A program made the position numbers and the translations under genes. From Polyangiales bacterium (GTDB lineage Bacteria > Myxococcota_A > Polyangia > Polyangiales > Ga0077539), in NCBI GenBank assembly GCA_044229975.1, contig JBGARZ010000020.1, positions 96,001 through 160,000 on the forward strand: 64,000 bases of DNA. Reading direction: 5' to 3'. Positions 59,375-64,000 of this stretch are shown here, in pieces; within the stretch, counting starts at the first letter, position 1; each line of letters starts with the position of its first letter. A model generated the notes under the pieces. The model was given only the letters and a program-made list of their open reading frames with translations, was not told where the DNA came from and ran no database searches.

Positions 59375-60139
59375 ATGATCCAGCCCTTCGCCCAAAACAC
59401 GCTCGACCGGCTCTGGGCGACCTACACTCCCGCGGACACCACGAAGGGCTCGCTCCTCCAACCCGAGTACCTCCTCGCGGCCGAGGGGCCGTACAAGGTG
59501 TACTTCGCCCCGCTCGGTGTCGTCCCGGAGGCGACCGCCCGCGTAGTCCTCCTGGGCCTGACCCCAGGCCTCGCCCAGACCCAACTCGCAGCCAAGACCT
59601 TCCTCAACGCCTCCCCTGAGGTGCGGGCCGACACGATCGAGTTCGGACGACGGCTCCGTCGGGAGGTGGCGTTCGGGGGGTCGATGCGTGACCTCCTGTG
59701 CAGGATGCTGGACGAGATTGACCTCCCCAGGTTGCTTGGCCTCTCGCGGAGCCAAGAGATCTTCGCGGCTGACGGGGACGACGTCGCCACGACTTCCGCG
59801 TTGGTCTACCCAGTATTCACCGGCCCGACGCTGAAGAATTTCGGCGGCTCTGCCGACCTCGCCCGCGTGGAGCTGTTCCGCGAGATGCTGACGACACTCC
59901 TGGCCCCGCGGCTGGCCGCCGCCCCGCGGGCGCTGATCATCCCGTTCGGGAAGGCCGCAAGCACCGGGGTGCGCTTCCTGGTTGAGCAGAACGCCGTGGA
60001 CGAAGCGCAGGTGCTCTGGGAGTTCCCGCACCCCTCGGGGGCCAACGGCCACCGTGTCCGGCAGTTCGCCCAGGCCAAGGCGGGGCTCCGCAGCCGCGCC
60101 GTTGCGTGGGCGATGGCATCGTGGCCGAAGGGCCGGTAG
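59375..60139 (+). CDS. Uracil-DNA glycosylase superfamily protein
   Basis: VVLLGLTPG (motif A-like), AFGG, IIPFGK and FPHPSGAN (motif B-like). Confidence 0.75.
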   Translation: MIQPFAQNTLDRLWATYTPADTTKGSLLQPEYLLAAEGPYKVYFAPLGVVPEATARVVLLGLTPGLAQTQLAAKTFLNASPEVRADTIEFGRRLRREVAFGGSMRDLLCRMLDEIDLPRLLGLSRSQEIFAADGDDVATTSALVYPVFTGPTLKNFGGSADLARVELFREMLTTLLAPRLAAAPRALIIPFGKAASTGVRFLVEQNAVDEAQVLWEFPHPSGANGHRVRQFAQAKAGLRSRAVAWAMASWPKGR

Positions 60140-60562
60140 GTCGGCGCGGTGAGAACGAGACGCTCGTCCGCGCCCTGGACGACCTCCAGAGGGAGGGGCG
60201 GATCGCGAAGGTCAGCCGGGGCTGGAACCTCGTGGCGGGTGAGGCCGACGACGAGGAGACCGCCAGCACGGTGTCGGACTGACCTCTCCCCGTTCCGTTC
60301 CCTGCGACACCATGCGCGCCCAGAACCGGAACAGAGTGCGGCCCGTCCCTCGGGAGAGACCGACGGTCGAGGGCTCTGTTCCGCGTACTCGGCTGCACCC
60401 TCGCCGGGTGCGGCCGCAGCCGGTGCACGGGAGGACGGGCAGAGGCTTTCATCGGGCGGAAACACTCCCGCTGCGTGCCGCACCTGAGGTAGCTTCGCGC
60501 CCGGGGAAGCGTCGGAACCTTCGCCACCAGCACCAACGACGCGCCGTGGAGATGATCGCCGC

Positions 60563-63500
60563 ATGATCCAGCTCGAACAGCTCCAACCCCGCGCCGCGAT
60601 CCGGGGCATCGTCCCGGACGCGCTGGTCGTCGTGGTCAGCGTCCAGTGGTTCGGCTCCGAGGCGCTCGAACTCACGTACAAGACCTCCACCGGGAAGGTC
60701 GCCAACGAGCTGCTGTACCGCGACGACGAGGCCCGCCTGGACGTCGTCGAACAGGGCCGCCCCTGGAGCTTCGACGGCGACGGTGCCCTCTTCCGCCTCG
60801 TCTCCGAGGCGCAGCGCATCCGCCTCGCGCACCTCTTCGACCCCGTGCTCGCCGTGCATACCTCCGTGGTCGATCCGCTCCCGCACCAGATCACGGCGGT
60901 CTACGAGGCCATGCTGCCCCGGCAGCCGCTGCGCTTCCTGCTGGCCGACGACCCGGGTGCGGGCAAGACCATCATGGCGGGCCTGCTCATCAAGGAGCTC
61001 ATCGCCCGCGGCGACCTGCAACGCTGCCTCATCGTGTGCCCCGGCAGCCTCGCCGAGCAGTGGCAGGACGAGCTCTACCGGCGCTTCCACCTGCCGTTCG
61101 AGATCCTCACCAACGACAAGGTCGAGGCCGCCCGCACCGGCAACTGGTTCCTTGAGACCAACTTGGTGATCGCCCGCCTCGACAAGCTCTCACGCAACGA
61201 GGACATCCAGCAGAAGCTCCAGGCCCCCGACTGCCGGTGGGATCTCGTGGTCTGCGACGAGGCCCACAAGATGTCCGCCACGGTCTTCGGCGGCGAGACC
61301 AAGTACACCAAGCGCTACCGCCTCGGGCAGCTCCTCTCGACGCTCACGCGGCACTTCCTCCTGATGACGGCGACGCCGCACAACGGCAAGGAGGAGGACT
61401 TCCAGCTCTTCATGGCGCTCCTCGACGGGGACCGCTTCGAGGGCCGCTTCCGCGACGGCGTGCACGTCGCCGACGCCTCCGACCTCATGCGCCGGATGGT
61501 GAAGGAGAACCTGCTCAAGTTCGACGGCACGCCCCTGTTCCCCGAGCGCATCGCGTACACGGTCCCCTACAAGCTCTCGGACGCCGAGGCGCACCTGTAC
61601 AAGGCCGTCACGACCTACGTCCGCGAGGAGTTCAACCGCGCCGACGCCCTGGAGAACGACAAGCGCGCGGGCACCGTCGGCTTCGCCCTCACCGTGCTCC
61701 AACGCCGTCTGGCCTCGTCGCCCGAGGCGATCTACCAGTCGCTCCACCGACGACGCGAACGCCTGGAGAGCCGCCTCCGTGAGCTGGAGGTGCTCCAGCG
61801 CAGCGGTCAGACCGCCCCCGTCCTGGCGGCGTCGGTGCCCGCCCTCGACGCGGACGCGGTGGAGGACCTCGACGAGGCCCCGGACACCGAGGTCGAGGCG
61901 ATCGAAGAGGAGGTCCTCGACCAAGCCACCGCGGCGCGGTCGATGGCGGAGTTGAAGATCGAGATCGAGACGCTGAAGGCGCTGGAGTCGCTCGCCCTCA
62001 CGGTCCGCCGCAGCGGCAACGACACCAAGTGGCGCGAGCTCGCCAGCCTCCTCGGCGAGATCTTCACGGACTCGTCCATCACGAACCGTCTCGCGGAACC
62101 GAAGGTTCAGTACGGCCACGCGATCCCGCCCCCCAAGGCGTCGCCCCACCAGAAGCTGGTGATCTTCACCGAGCACCGCGACACGCTGAACTACCTCCAG
62201 AACCGCATCACGACGCTCCTCGGGCGCAAGGACGCGGTGGTGATGATCCACGGCGGGGTGGGACGTGAGGACCGGCTGAAGGTCCAGGAGGCGTTCCGGC
62301 ACGACCCCGAGGTGCAGGTTCTCCTGGCCACCGACGCCGCGGGGGAGGGCATCAACCTCCAGCGCGCCCACCTGATGGTGAACTACGACCTCCCGTGGAA
62401 CCCCAACCGCCTGGAGCAACGCTTCGGGCGCATCCACCGCATCGGCCAGACCGAGGTGTGCCACCTCTGGAACCTCGTGGCCGAGGAGACCCGCGAGGGC
62501 GATGTCTACCGGAAGCTCCTCGACAAGCTCGAACAGGCCCGCAAGGCGCTCGGCGGGCAGGTGTTCGACGTACTGGGCAAGCTCCAGTTCGAGGGGGAGT
62601 CGCTGCGGGAGCTGCTCATCAAGGCCATCCGCTACGGGGACCAGCCCGATGTCCGGGCACGCCTCACGGTGGCGGTGGAGAACGCGCTCGACCGCACCCA
62701 GATCCAGAACCTTCTGGAAGACCACGCGCTCGCCCACGACGTGATGGATGTCGGACGGGTCCAACGAATCCGCGAAGACATGGAGCGCGCGGAGGCCCGT
62801 CGTCTCCAGCCCCATTACATCGAGTCGTTCTTCGCGCAGGCGTTCAAGGGCCTCGGGGGCACGGTCAAGCAGCGTGAGCCTCGCCGCTACGAGATCACCC
62901 ACGTCCCCGCCCCGGTTCGCAACCGAGACCGCCTCATCGGCATTCGCGAGCCCGTGCTCCCACGGTACGAGCGCATCGCGTTCGAGAAGGCCCTCATCGC
63001 TCCCCCAGGGCAGCCCCTGGCGGCCTTCGTGTGCCCTGGGCACCCGCTCCTCGACGCGGTGCTCGACCTCACGCTCGAACGCCACCGCGACCTCCTCAAG
63101 CGCGGCGCGGTGCTCGTGGACGAGCGCGACCCTGGCACGCAGCCCCGGGTGCTCTTCTACCTCGAACACGCGATCCAGGACGCAAGCCTCACCCGCACCG
63201 GGGAGCGCCGCGTCGTCTCGAAGAAGATGCTCTACGTCGAACTCGACGGAGAGGGCCACGCCCGCCATGTCCACTACGCGCCGTACCTCGACTACCGGCC
63301 CCTCGCCGCGGGCGAGCCCGGCGTGGACGCCCTCCTCGACCGGCCCGAGTGTGCCTGGATCGAGCGCGAGATCGAGTCGAAGGCCATGGGCCACGCCATC
63401 GCCCACGTCGTCCCCGAGCACTTGAAGGAGGTGCGGGACGCGAAGCTCGCGCTCCTCGCCAAGACCGAGGCGGCGGTGAAGGACCGGCTGACCAAGGAGA

Positions 63501-64000
63501 TCACCTACTGGGACCACCGGGCCGAACAGCTCAAGATGCAGGAGCAGGCGGGCAAGCCCAACGCCAAGCTGAACTCGGACGAGGCCCGCAAGCGCGCCGA
63601 CGGCCTCCAGGGAAGGCTCCAGAAGCGCCTGGAAGACCTCAAGCTCGAAGGGAAGATCTCCCCGCTCCCCCCCGTAGCACTCGGGGGCCTCCTGGTGATC
63701 CCGGCGGGCCTCCTCGCCGCGATGAGCGGACGGGCACCGCTGACGACGGGCAAACCCGTGGACACCCAGGTGAGCGCGGCCCGAGCTCGCGCCGTGATCA
63801 TGGACATCGAGCGTCGTCTCGGGTTCGAGCCCACGGACCGGGAGTTCGAGAAGCTCGGCTACGACATCGAGAGTCGTGTGCCGGGTACCGGCAAGCTGCG
63901 CTTCGTCGAGGTCAAGGGGCGGGTCGCGGGCGCGGACACCATCACGGTGACCCGCAACGAGATCCTCTACTCTCTCAACAAGCCCGGCGACTTCATCCTT
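60563..64000 (+). CDS. SNF2-family helicase with C-terminal DUF3883/NOV nuclease-like domain, 3' end outside the window
   Basis: Translated by hand: PLPHQ, LLADDPGAGKT, DEAH, TATPH, ATDAAGEGINLQ, WNPNRLEQRFGRIHRIGQ and GYDIES...FVEVKGR...TRNE. Confidence 0.92.
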   Translation, partial: MIQLEQLQPRAAIRGIVPDALVVVVSVQWFGSEALELTYKTSTGKVANELLYRDDEARLDVVEQGRPWSFDGDGALFRLVSEAQRIRLAHLFDPVLAVHTSVVDPLPHQITAVYEAMLPRQPLRFLLADDPGAGKTIMAGLLIKELIARGDLQRCLIVCPGSLAEQWQDELYRRFHLPFEILTNDKVEAARTGNWFLETNLVIARLDKLSRNEDIQQKLQAPDCRWDLVVCDEAHKMSATVFGGETKYTKRYRLGQLLSTLTRHFLLMTATPHNGKEEDFQLFMALLDGDRFEGRFRDGVHVADASDLMRRMVKENLLKFDGTPLFPERIAYTVPYKLSDAEAHLYKAVTTYVREEFNRADALENDKRAGTVGFALTVLQRRLASSPEAIYQSLHRRRERLESRLRELEVLQRSGQTAPVLAASVPALDADAVEDLDEAPDTEVEAIEEEVLDQATAARSMAELKIEIETLKALESLALTVRRSGNDTKWRELASLLGEIFTDSSITNRLAEPKVQYGHAIPPPKASPHQKLVIFTEHRDTLNYLQNRITTLLGRKDAVVMIHGGVGREDRLKVQEAFRHDPEVQVLLATDAAGEGINLQRAHLMVNYDLPWNPNRLEQRFGRIHRIGQTEVCHLWNLVAEETREGDVYRKLLDKLEQARKALGGQVFDVLGKLQFEGESLRELLIKAIRYGDQPDVRARLTVAVENALDRTQIQNLLEDHALAHDVMDVGRVQRIREDMERAEARRLQPHYIESFFAQAFKGLGGTVKQREPRRYEITHVPAPVRNRDRLIGIREPVLPRYERIAFEKALIAPPGQPLAAFVCPGHPLLDAVLDLTLERHRDLLKRGAVLVDERDPGTQPRVLFYLEHAIQDASLTRTGERRVVSKKMLYVELDGEGHARHVHYAPYLDYRPLAAGEPGVDALLDRPECAWIEREIESKAMGHAIAHVVPEHLKEVRDAKLALLAKTEAAVKDRLTKEITYWDHRAEQLKMQEQAGKPNAKLNSDEARKRADGLQGRLQKRLEDLKLEGKISPLPPVALGGLLVIPAGLLAAMSGRAPLTTGKPVDTQVSAARARAVIMDIERRLGFEPTDREFEKLGYDIESRVPGTGKLRFVEVKGRVAGADTITVTRNEILYSLNKPGDFIL

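Larger units (their letters stand above)
43251..64000. mobile_element. tRNA-Leu-integrated genomic island, right end not in the window
   Basis: Integrase convergent on the tRNA 3' end, replication/HTH module, visibly more A/T-containing codons than the backbone and defence-type cargo. Confidence 0.85.

Overview
High-GC bacterial DNA. The gene content (Hanks kinase, Cys-rich secreted proteins, caspase-like protease, RRM protein, PilB-type ATPase) suggests a myxobacterium (Polyangiales-like), which is an inference. Bases 1 to about 43250 are chromosomal backbone with signalling, proteolysis, transport and housekeeping genes (M1 aminopeptidase, msrB, kynA, yebC, ECF sigma, two-component pair), a 99-bp inverted-repeat element, a multiply frameshifted pseudogene, a cNMP-domain/PilB ATPase fusion and a large protein + MoxR pair. 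A tRNA-Leu(GAG) at 43169-43250 marks the left end of an integrated element that runs off the window. It has a leftward integrase / small protein / primase-helicase / HTH module with an AT-rich hairpin inside the replication gene. A divergent cargo arm follows, marked by three copies of a conserved ~60-bp upstream motif, and carries a MoxR ATPase + metallopeptidase-vWA pair, a DUF932-like + LRR pair, two FtsH-M41-like proteins lacking the catalytic HE, a ParB-like protein, a Zn-finger miniprotein, a UDG-fold protein and a SNF2 helicase-DUF3883 gene that the ORF track misses. All family calls come from motif recognition by eye; no searches were run.
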